From Cenococcum geophilum (taxonomy: Eukaryota), in contig CP158635.1 in assembly GCA_050273025.1 (NCBI GenBank), forward strand, positions 18,848,001 to 18,912,000: DNA of 64,000 nucleotides, written 5' to 3'. A model generated the notes under the pieces. The model ran no database searches and was not told the origin of the DNA. It was given only the letters and a program-made list of their open reading frames with translations. The position numbers and the translations under genes are program-made. Shown here in pieces: positions 11,183 to 22,600 of this stretch (positions are counted from its first letter, which is position 1; every line of letters begins with the position of its first letter).

Positions 11183-11596
11183 GAAGGTACTTGGGCTCAA
11201 ACATCCATCCACACTCCCAAGCGTCATACGTTCAGATTGCATGAAGGGAACACGATGAGATAGAATGTCGGTTTAGGCGCTAGCTGACGGTGGGAGTCGG
11301 ACAGACTTCGCTACACAAAACCCATTTCCTGCAGCACAGGAAGATGCTTCTCGCTGAAACTGGAAGACACCGGTGCGTTGTGGGGGCTCGAGTCCATTGA
11401 AAGGATAGAAGTAGAGGGGCAAAAGGTATCACATCATCATAGCAAGTCACACCTTACCCTAAATGGGAAGGGACTGTGGTTAATGGCGTTGATTGGGTGT
11501 GGGAACGGAGCATCATACCGTCTGTCCCTCTTGGCAGGAGTCTGCTGATGCCGATGCCAACCGCTCTTGCGTCTGAAAGAGGTTTCGGCTAATATC

Positions 11597-12420
11597 TCAA
11601 AAATGTGGAACCATCTGCGTCCAATCTAGCGTATCATACGCCTTCCTTGGTAGATCGCGAATACTAATAAACGCCTCGAGAACAAGGTAAACCCTCGCAG
11701 CAGAAAAGCTAAGCCCACAAACAAACACCACAAACCCAAGGAATATGCTCTAGATTCTGCCCTTCGCCCCATCCATCCACCGCTCCCAGAATTCGTTCAA
11801 TGGGGGATAAGCGGCAGCGGCCCAGTTCAGGATTATCCACAGCCCACCCGCGAAACTAATGTAGCTGCATGAGGCACGCCATAGCCACTTCTCGGCCGTG
11901 GTAGAGAAATGCTCATTCTAAGCTGCAGCATGTAAACCTCCGTAGATGAAATTGCTGAGCCAAAGAATCATGCCGACGGTGAGACCGCCGACGTTGCGAA
12001 GGAGGTCGTCGTATGGCCAGTTTTGGATGTATGGTTTGAGCAGTTCGGTAGGTTGGGAGTGAATGCACACCTGGTTGGAGATATCCTCTTCGTCGATGGA
12101 GATTTGGGGGGGGGGGGGGGGGTGGGAATGTAGAATGAATGATTGGTCCTGGAGGATTGGATATGTTTGTAAGGCTTCAGCAGCAAGTTCCCATCGACGA
12201 ATGCGGATCGGAGTTAGACGGGTGGAGGCCTGATCTGCGATTCGAGGACGACGATCGAAGAAGGCAGTTTCGCTGGATTTACGCGCCTCTCGGATTGATC
12301 GGAGGTTTTCCAGAGATTGTTCGGAAGAGAGTGTGAGGGTAATACTATCATTATTATGAGAAGAGGTTGAGTTGAGACGGATGCGAGTCGTTCGAACTCG
12401 GGTATCTTTGAATATACTAT
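11597..12420 (-). pseudogene. C-terminal part of a widespread uncharacterised fungal multi-pass membrane protein
   Basis: TAFFDRRPR...RRWELAAEAL...IQNWPYDDLLR...IYGGLHAAA*NEHFSTTAEKWLWRASCSYI...ARVYLVLEAFISIRDLPRKAYDTLDWTQMVPHF*. TAG stops at 11918-11920 and 11750-11752; N-terminus missing. Confidence 0.8.
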
Positions 12421-12463
12421 CTGGTATACTCGGGGTCCCATCTCTGAGTGCGTGATTGCAAAG

Positions 12464-13267
12464 CTATGGTGTGCTGTTATTTGTAATTCTGCAAGACTCA
12501 TTATCTCTTCTAAGAGCATCCTTCAACTCATCTGTCCATTGACCAACTGGCTTCTCCCCCTCCCTCAACTCCCTGTAAAACGTTCTGAGCGGCTCCGAAA
12601 GATGGTCTCCGTCTAGCAATCCATCGTCGTCGACATACTCCTCCATGTACCCAATCATAGCCATTGCAAAGCTGCCGATACGCGTTCCGACGTCACGTGC
12701 GTACAGCCGCAGAAACGCTTCTAACAAGACAAGAGCACGGGGGAGAAGCACAGGGTACTCGGTAGAGAGCACGCCCGATCCGCGACCTGGTCGTCTCTGT
12801 GGGAGAATGGTCTGGTCGGATGCCAGCACAAGATATAAGGGAAGCTTGGCTTCCTGAGGCGATGAGAGGGATCCGTCAAGTGGTGGTAGGAACCACAGCG
12901 TCTCGGATTGGGGATACAGGTCCACCGTGACTTCCGAGTCGTCGATATGAATGTGGAAGGCTGGTGGCGGTGAATATCGTTGCTGTGGACTCGATGGGCA
13001 GAGTCCGCCTCGCAAACAGGGAGACAGGGTCCCGATTTTGAAGAGTGTCTTGATGCTGACGTGCAGACGGTCGTCCGGAATGACAAAATCGATAGACTTG
13101 AGCAGGTGTTATGGTCTGGAACTTCTGTGATGAAGGGCACTTACGTCTATGATCGATGGGACGCCGTGGATATTGAGGAGATACTGGCCCCAGAGGACGC
13201 AAGGCACCCGGGCCGAATTGAGAGCCCGTGCGATAGATGCCACAAAAGATAGTGAAAGATCTGGCAT
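12464..13267 (-). CDS. Two-exon hypothetical protein (251 aa), possible nucleotidyltransferase-like fold
   Basis: Exon 1 13267-13145 (MPDLSLSFVASIARALNSARVPCVLWGQYLLNIHGVPSIID), 48-nt GTAAGT...AAG intron containing an in-frame stop, exon 2 13096-12464 (SIDFVIPDD...) in frame with the listed 183-aa ORF. Confidence 0.8.
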
Positions 13268-13329
13268 AGTGTTTTCTTCTTTTCTTCAAAGGCGATTAAT
13301 GAATTGGGCGACGTTTACTAGTAACATGT

Positions 13330-13605
13330 TCCACCAGATAGCTTAACTGGTTGGGCTCTATGACTAGCGACGAAGGAGGTCTCGTACAAGTCGAGCCTGC
13401 TGCTCAAGCTGAGCAAAAGTACGCGGCGTCTCTACTGTCCATGCGACCCTACTGTCAGCTGCTGTCCCTAGTGGAGACGGTGTCCTGACAACAGTGAGCG
13501 ACGTTAAGACGCGCTGAGGATCGTACGGGATAAGTCCTATCGCTCGAAATCTACTTACAATGTTCTGCTCTGCGAATACTACTGTCCGTATTGCTGGGTA
13601 GACAG
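13330..13605 (-). pseudogene. Fot1/pogo-type transposase C-terminal fragment
   Basis: VYPAIRTVVFAEQNIVSRFRAIGLIPYDPQRVLTSL...TPRTFAQLEQQARLVRDLLRR*S*SPT resembles the post-DDE region of fungal pogo transposases. Confidence 0.75.
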
Positions 13606-16600
13606 AGGAACTCCTCCTTGTCAATGTGGAAGACTCCTTGGCGGGCGAGCTCTCCAATCTCATGTCCGTAAGCTCGCTTGTGTCAGAGAACGAGTTGGTG
13701 TCTGAATCCCCTTCCCAGCACGAGTCGGTAGCTAAGGATGGGTTTGATCGACGGGATGGGTAGGGATTTCGCGTCGGGGCGGCAGTGGAGGTGGCTAGCT
13801 CTCTTCGAGTAGTTCGTTTTGTAGAGGACGCCATTACAGCAGGAGGCGAGCAGTGAGCGTTTGTATGTCGATTTCGATCGTGTGAGCGGTCAACGCCATC
13901 AACGAATAGGAAAATAGGGTACAAAAAGAGGGGAATGCAGGCAAAAGAAAGCACTTCGTCGTTGCCGCAATCGTGAATTGAACTGGTGACCTTCTGAGGG
14001 GCAAAAAGAGAGACCTTCCGCAGTGTCGGACGGACAAGTCACTCATAAGAACTCTATCTATTAAAGCTGGCTCTAGAAGCTCTCTATATACATGAGGTCG
14101 GGGCAAAGGACTAACGACGATGCTAACGACGATTCTGGAGCTATTACTCAATCGCCACCAGGTCGATATTGCCACTCAGTCGGTAATAGGTAATGAATAG
14201 GTAATAGAAAGTAGATAGTAAGACATACAATAGCAAGAAACAGGTGTAAGTTATAAGGTGGTACTTGACAGTGACCTTAACGTTTAACATACCCCCCTAG
14301 CTGCTTAGCCTTGGCTGAGCAGCTGAATAGAAAATAGAAAAAGTTATAATACTAATTTGGTGTTAAGTTAAAGAAATCCTCTATAGAGTTACCTTGTCCA
14401 ATATCATCTAAATCAAATTAAATTTAATCCTTAATGTTAACGAGATTTAATTCTTAAATAAAGTCTTTATGCTTCTGGTGTAGTAGGGCCTTTATTAATC
14501 CGTCTGCAACTATAGCAGCGGTAGGTATCTAATTAATTCTAATTTAATTATTATATACTTCTTAGCGTAGCTAGTAGTAGTATATATTAACGTATTAAAG
14601 CTTTATAGAGAGCTCTTATCCATCCTTTATAAGCAGTTAAATTGTCTATAGATTATTATAGTAGATTATTTACTCCTTATCTAAAAACAATTTAATTTCC
14701 TTAAAGAAGCAACTCTACTAAATTAACTTAGTTCCTGCATGGGATAGAGCCATAAGCTCTACCTCTATGCTTAACTTTATTATAAGCGTCTGCTTAGTAG
14801 AGCGCTAATTAATTACTCCTCTAAATAGGGTAAATAAATATCCTTTTATGCTGCGTTCGCTTATTAAATCGTCTCTAAACACCGCATTACTTAACCCCGT
14901 AAAGGCTTAACTTCCTATATTCTGTCCTAAGTATTTAATTGTAAGAGTCCTCGTCTAATAAAGGTATGTAATTGCTTAACGAGCTACAGCGTTATATAGA
15001 GGTAAGGGGTTTTATAGGAACTTTAATAGCTTACTTAAAGCTCTAGCTATATTAGGCCTCGTAATATAGGTAGTATATAGTAGAGATTTAACTATCCTTT
15101 AGTATATATAGGTGTCCTATTTTAAAGCTTCTTTTAGATTAAATAGGAGCTCGTTAGTATCTATAGATATACTAACTAAGCGTATATTAGTTAGGTAAAA
15201 TAAATTAGTAATCTTTTTAATATAGAAGTCTTAATAGAGCTAAAGCTTTCTTTAACTTCTATCTCTTATAATTTAAATTCCTAAAAACTAGAATAGGTTA
15301 CCTAGATCTTTTATCTTATACTTCTTTATTAGTGCTTTCTTAAAGCTCTAAAGCTCTAATTAATTTTCCTTAGTAAAGGCGATATAGATATCGTCTACGT
15401 AAGAGAAGATAATTAGTAATTTATTATAGTAGAGGCACGGCTCCCTACTAACGGGTCTTAGCCCTAATTTAATAAGTTCCTTACTAAAGTTATTATACTA
15501 AAAACGTGGCGATTATTAAAGTTTATATAGAGCTCTATATAGTAATAGACATTTACCCTTAATAGTAAATCTATCTGGATATTTAATATAGATTATCTTA
15601 TTAATTAGGCTGTTTATAAACGCGTTAATAGCGTTACCATACTAAACATCTAAATTAAATACTATAATAACTACTACGAGAGCTCTAAAGACTCTAGCTG
15701 CTAGAGTTACCATATATATGTCCTTATAAGTTAACCCTTATAAATTACCTCTTACGTAGAGTTATGCATTAAACTTCGTTAGGTATCTATTAGTATTTAT
15801 TTTATATATAAATACCTATATAATAGGTACCGTTTTAATAAATAGAGTCTTATTTACGACTTTAAACATTCTATAATTATCTAGATTAGTATACTTCTTT
15901 ATAGCAGCCGCTAGGAACTCTGCCTTATATTAGTAGGTTAGCAGCTCCTTCCAATTTTTAAGTAGAGGTAAAAGTTCGTTATAATATATTTTCCTTTAAT
16001 ATTTAAGGCCTGCGTAAAAAAACTGCCTAGAGCGGTTAGAAAGTATTTACCTCTTTAAAATAAGTTATATAAGCCTTATATTGCTTTATTAGCTTCTTTA
16101 ATCTTCTTCCTTATATAATATTGTCCTTAGAGACCTTAGCTAAGTCTTTCTTCTATAACTCCTCCGGGTTAATTTTAACGTACTTAAAACTAGGGCGTTA
16201 ATAGGTTAATAGAGCGGAGGATCTAAAGGTACTTAAGGATTCTATATTAATAGGAATTGCTTAAGGCTCTAGCGTTAATTTTAGTGTAGGAAGGCTAAAT
16301 AGAAGATCGGTCTTAAAGGTATCTACTATAATTACGTTATTGCCTTAAGTATTTAGCTCCTTATAGTCCTAATTTCTATAAGAATCTACATATTAATTTC
16401 TATTATTTTTAACTTAAATTTTATCTAGAATCTTATTGTCCTTATTTATATCTTCTACTAGGTCTTTCTAGGGTGTCGTATTAAGGTTAATTATATTAAT
16501 TACTTCTAGTATTTAATTAGCTTTCTTCTAAAGCAAATTTACTAAATCTAGCTAGCTATTATTATAGACGAGTTACTTATTAAACGTAATGTCTCTTATT

Positions 16601-16627
16601 TAAATTACCTTTTTTTCGCTTAGTATA

Positions 16628-19600
16628 TATTACGGTACTGCAATAAAGTAGACTAAATAACTACGTTATAGTATAAAGAGGAGAAGAAGGTAAAAGGGGT
16701 ATTGTATATAAATAGTAGGGCCAGCCGCCAAGGCGCTAGTAGTAGGCTAGCTAATAGTAGGAAATAGTATAAGACAGTATAAGATAGTATAAAATAGTAT
16801 GTGTTAGGTTAGTGCTGTAATAGTACTCCCCTCTTTAGAAGATTTAGTCCCTAAACTAAATAAGTAACTTATTTTTGCTATAAAGATATTACTTTTACTT
16901 ACCGCTCTTAACTAAGCTAATAGCAATTTTCTATGCCGGGCATAGAAAATCCTAATTAGTTAGTTTAATAAATAAAGTTAGCAGAACTCTACACCGCCAC
17001 TACTTAGCGCTTCTTAGTAAAAAACTAACTAATTAAATAACTTTAACTGGCGGTTAAAGTTCTATAAGATCTTAACCACTATAAATTATCTTTATGGTTG
17101 GCCACGGTTTTAGTATAACTCTCCCTTATCTTATGCCCAGTCTAGGGGTTCTGGCTTCTTAGGGTATTGTTTATAAAACTTTAGTAGTGCGCGCTTGTAC
17201 CCTTTTAGAGATTTCTTAAGTTTCTAGGTTTCCTTATTATAATACTTCTACTTAATATAATATATTAAGAATCTTTTTAAATTCCCACTTATCCGTAATA
17301 TTACCGTTATTATCCCTTTTAGCTATCCTACCTATAATATTATAACATTCCTCTTTATTAATATATGCTTAACTAAAAATCTCTTTAGGGAACTAAAGGC
17401 GGACTTTTAAAGTATAGAAAGACTTATTAATACAGATATAGTTTAGGAGGTTAACTATAACTACTTTTTTATAGGCAGCTAGAACGGGCTAGGGTCCGTC
17501 TTAGTTATTATCCTACTTCCTCTTAGGCCGGTTAGTCTTTATATTTTTAAGGCTAACTATAACCATATTATCCTTTTTAAATATTATACCCTTATCTTAT
17601 TTTATATTAGCGTTATCTTTATAGCGTTGCTAAGAGATATAAGTTAGGGCTTTAAGCTAAGTTAGAATGCGCTTAAAGCGGTTAGCGATAGTATTAGCTT
17701 ATAGGTACTCCTTCTTTATATATATAAATAGGGCTAATAGCTAGGGGCCTGCTGGTTTAATACCTAGATATAGGTTATAGCTATAGTTAGTAAAGAATGG
17801 TGAGATTTCCGTGGTTTTATTAACCTAGTTATTTATAGCAAACTTAGTAAGAGGGAGCCAATCTACTTAGTTATTTTAGGTGAAGCTTATAAAGGCGTGT
17901 AGGTACTTATTTATTACTGCGTTAATAATCTTAGTTTAACTATCTATTTTAGGGTGCTATACAGAGCTGGGGCTTAGGGTTACCTTTAGGCGCTAGTTTA
18001 GGCGACGCTAGAAGTTAGAAATAAATAAAAAGCCTTTATTAGAAATAAGAGTATTTAGAGCGCCGTATAACTTATAGATAGTGTAAATAAATGCTTTAAT
18101 AAGCTCCTTAGTATTTAGGCTAGTAATAGGAATAAAGTGTCTTATCTTTATTAGGCGGTTAATAACGACAAAGATATATCTATATATTTTGCCATTATAA
18201 AGGCACTTAGGTAGGCCAATAACGTAGTTAATGGAGATATTAGTTTATAGGCGGACTAGTAGTTTTAGTAGTTTTAGAAAACCGGGCGGTACTAAGCATA
18301 AAGTCTTTATATAGAAGTAGAGAGCGCAGTCTCTTATAAAGGTAGCTATAAACTATAAAATACCTAGCTACTAATACGTTTGATTAAAAAGGTTTAGTGT
18401 TTTAACGCGGCCTGGGTAACCCGCAAGGCCTAAATTATATATATAGTATATAACTTCTAGTTAGAGTTTAAGTAAATTAGGGATAAATACTTAATTTCTA
18501 TAGTAGATTAGGCTATTAATAATTAAATATTTAGATTTATTATAGCGGAGTAGCTTTTTAATCTGCTTAGGCTAATAGCGTGCTTTATAGTCTTCCTATT
18601 TATATAGCGCAGCTAATATATTCCTAGCGAGTTTATTCTTTATATAGGCATTCTTAATAAGCTCCTTAAGGGTTTTTTTCTTAGGTTTTAGGTCTATTAC
18701 TACAATAAAGTCTTTAATATTCTAGTTTTAGGATTCGCTTAGGGCTACCTATAGCGTTTACGCAATGGGTAGCTACCTTCCTTAGCAATAAAAAGCTACA
18801 GCTCTGCTTTAATGGACAAATATAAAAAAAGGTAGAAATAGAAACAGGGATACCACAGGGTTCACCTATACCCCCTATTTTATTTCTACTATACATACGC
18901 AATATCTGCAGCCTACAAACAGAAGGAGCCTATTCCCTTAGCTATATGGACGATTTTGCAATTACGGTTACTTCGAACTCAGCTAAATCTAATTGTAAAA
19001 AGCTAGAGGGAATAGCGCTAGAGCTAATGTCTAGAGCTAAAGAAGCTGCTATTAGTTTTGATATTAGCAAAACAGAGCTTATACACTTCTATAATAAGCG
19101 TACCACTATAGAAGAAGGGCTAAAGCTAGGAGATATAGAAATATCCCCTAAACCCCTAGTTAGGTAGCTAGGGGTATTTCTAGACTCTAAGCTTACTTTT
19201 AAACAATACGTAGAAATAAAAATCTCTAAAGAAAAAACAGCCTTCTATTTAATTAGAAGACTAGGCAATATATAAAGAGGTCTATCTCTACAAGCTCTAC
19301 GACAGCTCTATATAGCTTGCGTTACTACTATAGCAGACTATGGAATACAATGCTGGTGGAAAAGCAAATCTAGAGACTACCTACTAGCTAGGTACCAATC
19401 TCTACAAAATAAGGCCCTAAAACTAGTTTTAGGAGCGTTTAGAGGATCTCCTACGCAAGCTATGGAAATCGAGGCCTCTATCCCTCCTCCTAGAATTAGA
19501 TTTAAAAAGCTTTGCAATAGCTATACATTAAGAATCCTAAAATTTAAAGAAAACCACGCAATTAAGAAGGCCTATATAAAAGAGATTAATAAGGATAGGG

Positions 19601-22600
19601 AGGAACTAGTAACTAGTTCTAGTTCTAGCCCTAGAAACTCTACTATAAGACACCTTCTACAGCCAAAAACTCAACTACTATCTCTAGCTTCTAGAGTCCA
19701 GCAACTAATTCAAAATTGGAAAATAGAGAAAATCTCTCTAGATTGGCAAAAACCGTGGTCTCCCCCTATTTCTGCATTCTTTTCTATCTCTAGGGGTAGT
19801 AAAGAAGAAGCTATATAAGAACATTTAAGACTAGTAAAAAATCTATAAGAATTCCTAGAATGGGACCTAGTAGATATATACTATATAGACAGCTCTAAAG
19901 ATAGTAAATTAAGTGCAGCGGCCGTATGTAAAATAGGGGAGAGAAATAGGATTAAATATGCAACGAATTGGAATCTAGGGCCTTATATAGAAATTATGGA
20001 CGCAGAACTTTATGCAGTCTATAGGGCCCTAGAATATCTAAAACAATAAAGACTAGAAGAGAAACAAGTTTATATCTTTATAGATAGCCAAGCAGCTATT
20101 AAAAGATTACAGCTTAATTTTCTTATAGGGGGACAAGAACTAGTCTTTAAAATTACACAAAGCTGCTCTTATCTAGCTAGTAAGAATATCTCTATTAACT
20201 TTTATTGGGTTCCTAGCCACCTAGAAATCTACGGAAACAAAATAGCAGATAAGCTAGCTAAAAAGGGCCTCTCTAGAAGAAAAATATAATCTTCTTATAC
20301 ATCCCTAGCCTATATAGGGAGAGCAGCAAGAGAAAAAAATACTAGGATAGTGGAAAAGCAACTGGCAACAGAAAAAAAATAAAGGAAAATACTATACTAG
20401 GATCTCTAGAGGAAACTACTCTTTATCTCTTAAAGCCCCTAAGGATAAATATCCTAAAAGGTTACAATCAGCTTTCTATTAACTAAAACTAGGAAAAGGC
20501 TTCTTTAAATCCTTCTCTAAGACAATAGGGAAGGATAAAGAAGGTAGATGCTTTAAGGACTATAGAGCTATATAGACTCCTAAGCACCTATTACTAGAAT
20601 GTAGACTATACAGGGAAGAGAGAAAAGAAATGCAAAGACAACTAAGCTCTTCTCTCTCCTTAGAGAAGCTCTTTTGTACAGAGAAAGAAAGAAGGGCGCT
20701 TTTCCTATTCCTAAGTAAGACAAAAATAGCTACTAGAAAGTGGCTAATGGAAGCAGAAGCTTTAAAAGGAGGTAACTCCTATTAGACTTCTAGTAAATAG
20801 ACAGTAGTGAGCAAAAGGATAGAAATAAACTATAAAATGTACAGGGGCAGGCGTTAGGATTCGTTTACCGTTTCTTTTACCGTTTTTCTACTGTTTTAAT
20901 ACTACCTAATAGTTGTCGTAACTTAGTATTTTACTAGGGAGCGGTAAACCTCTAGTTTAGAGGTTTATAAACTACTAGAACATAGCTACTAGTACATATT
21001 AAGCTGCCTAGAAAGGATTCATGTATATAAAACTATAGCGCCATAACCCAGAGGCTGTATGCGCAGTATTGTACGTAGTACAATACAATGGATATAAAAA
21101 ATAAAAAATAAAAAAAAGGATTCGCTTAGTAGCTCTTCTAGGATAGTAGGGTTAGTAGTAAGATAACGCGGTCTTAGTGTTATAGACGTTTATTATTAAT
21201 ATTAGTAGGTATAACGCCTAGAAGACGGCTAAGAGCGTCTAGGATTATGGCTTTAGTGCTAGGCTTATAGGTAATAATAAAGTTAAATTAGGAAAGGAAC
21301 TTAGTCTAGCAGACTTAGCACTAGTTTAATTATTTTATTACTATAAAGGTCTAGAGGTTCTTATAGTCCGTAATAATTTTAAACAGCTGCTTAGTTCCTT
21401 ATAGTTTAGGGCGCTATTCTTTTAATACCTTAATAATTGCTAGAAGCTCCTTATTGTATATTTTATAGTTATATTTAAGGGCTAAGTATTTAGCAGAGAA
21501 GAATATAACTAGCTTAAGCTTATTACTTTTATTAGATTAATAGAGCACTTTACCTAAAGTCTAGTTTAAGGCGTCTATCTCTACTATAGTCTTCTTTATA
21601 TAGTCGTAATACGCTAGGACCGGTACTATAGTAAACGCTATTTTTAGAGTTTAGAACGCCTATGTTTAGTTAGGGCCCTATAACCAGTTAATGCTCTTTT
21701 TTAGTAGCTTAGTTATAGGCTTAACTACCTTAGAGTAGCCTTAGATAAATCGTTGGTAGAAGTTCGCGAAGCTAAGAAATTACTATAGTTTCTTAACTAA
21801 TGTCGGGTCCTTCTATTCCTGTAAGGCCTGTACCTTCTTAGGGTCCATAATTATGCTATTAGTTAAGATAATTAAGCTAAGGTATTTTATTTTAGTAGTA
21901 TAAAACTTAGACTTATTAATATTAATCTAGAGTCTAGTATTACTAAGTCTCTAGATAATTTTATTTATATATTTTATATGCTTAGCGTGTGTTTTAAAAA
22001 AAATAAGGACATTATTAAGATACGCAGTATAGTAGTTATTAAGGGCGTTATATAAAATATAGTTAATATAGTTCTAAAATATAGCGAGTACGTTATAGAG
22101 ACTAAATAGTATAACTAATATTTTATAGGGCCTAAACTGGGTAATAAATACTATAAGCTACTTATAGCCTTCCGTAATCCGGATTTGGTTAAACGCAGTA
22201 ATTATATTAAGCTTAGTAAAGTACTTAGTACTATAAAGTATATTAAGTATCTTACGGACTAGTAGTAATAGATACCGATTTTTAATAGTAACTATATTTA
22301 GGCCTTAGTAGTTATAGCAAATTTATATACTACCGCTAGGTTTTATAGTAAGGAGGAGTAGTACAATAGCTAGTAAGGTCAATTCGCAGATAAAACCCTT
22401 ATCCAGTATCTTATTAATCCACTTCTTTATATAACTAAGTTTAGTAAGTAAAAGTGGTTAATTTTTATAATATAGGGCCTGCTTTCTGGGTATAATCTTA
22501 ATTTTATAGTTCTATGGTCGGTAAGGGGGTAGCTTATCTACGTTCTTAGGAAGGAAGTATTTAATATATTCGCGAAACTCTTTTAGTAAGCGTTATAAAA

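Noticed and set aside
12106..12122. G17 tract as frameshift or regulatory switch
   Set aside because: The pseudogene frame is preserved across it (poly-Pro), and homopolymer length may be an assembly artefact.
13606..13833. N-terminus of a Starship captain (DUF3435)
   Set aside because: Only a generic Ser/Asp-rich stretch; no recombinase motifs visible.
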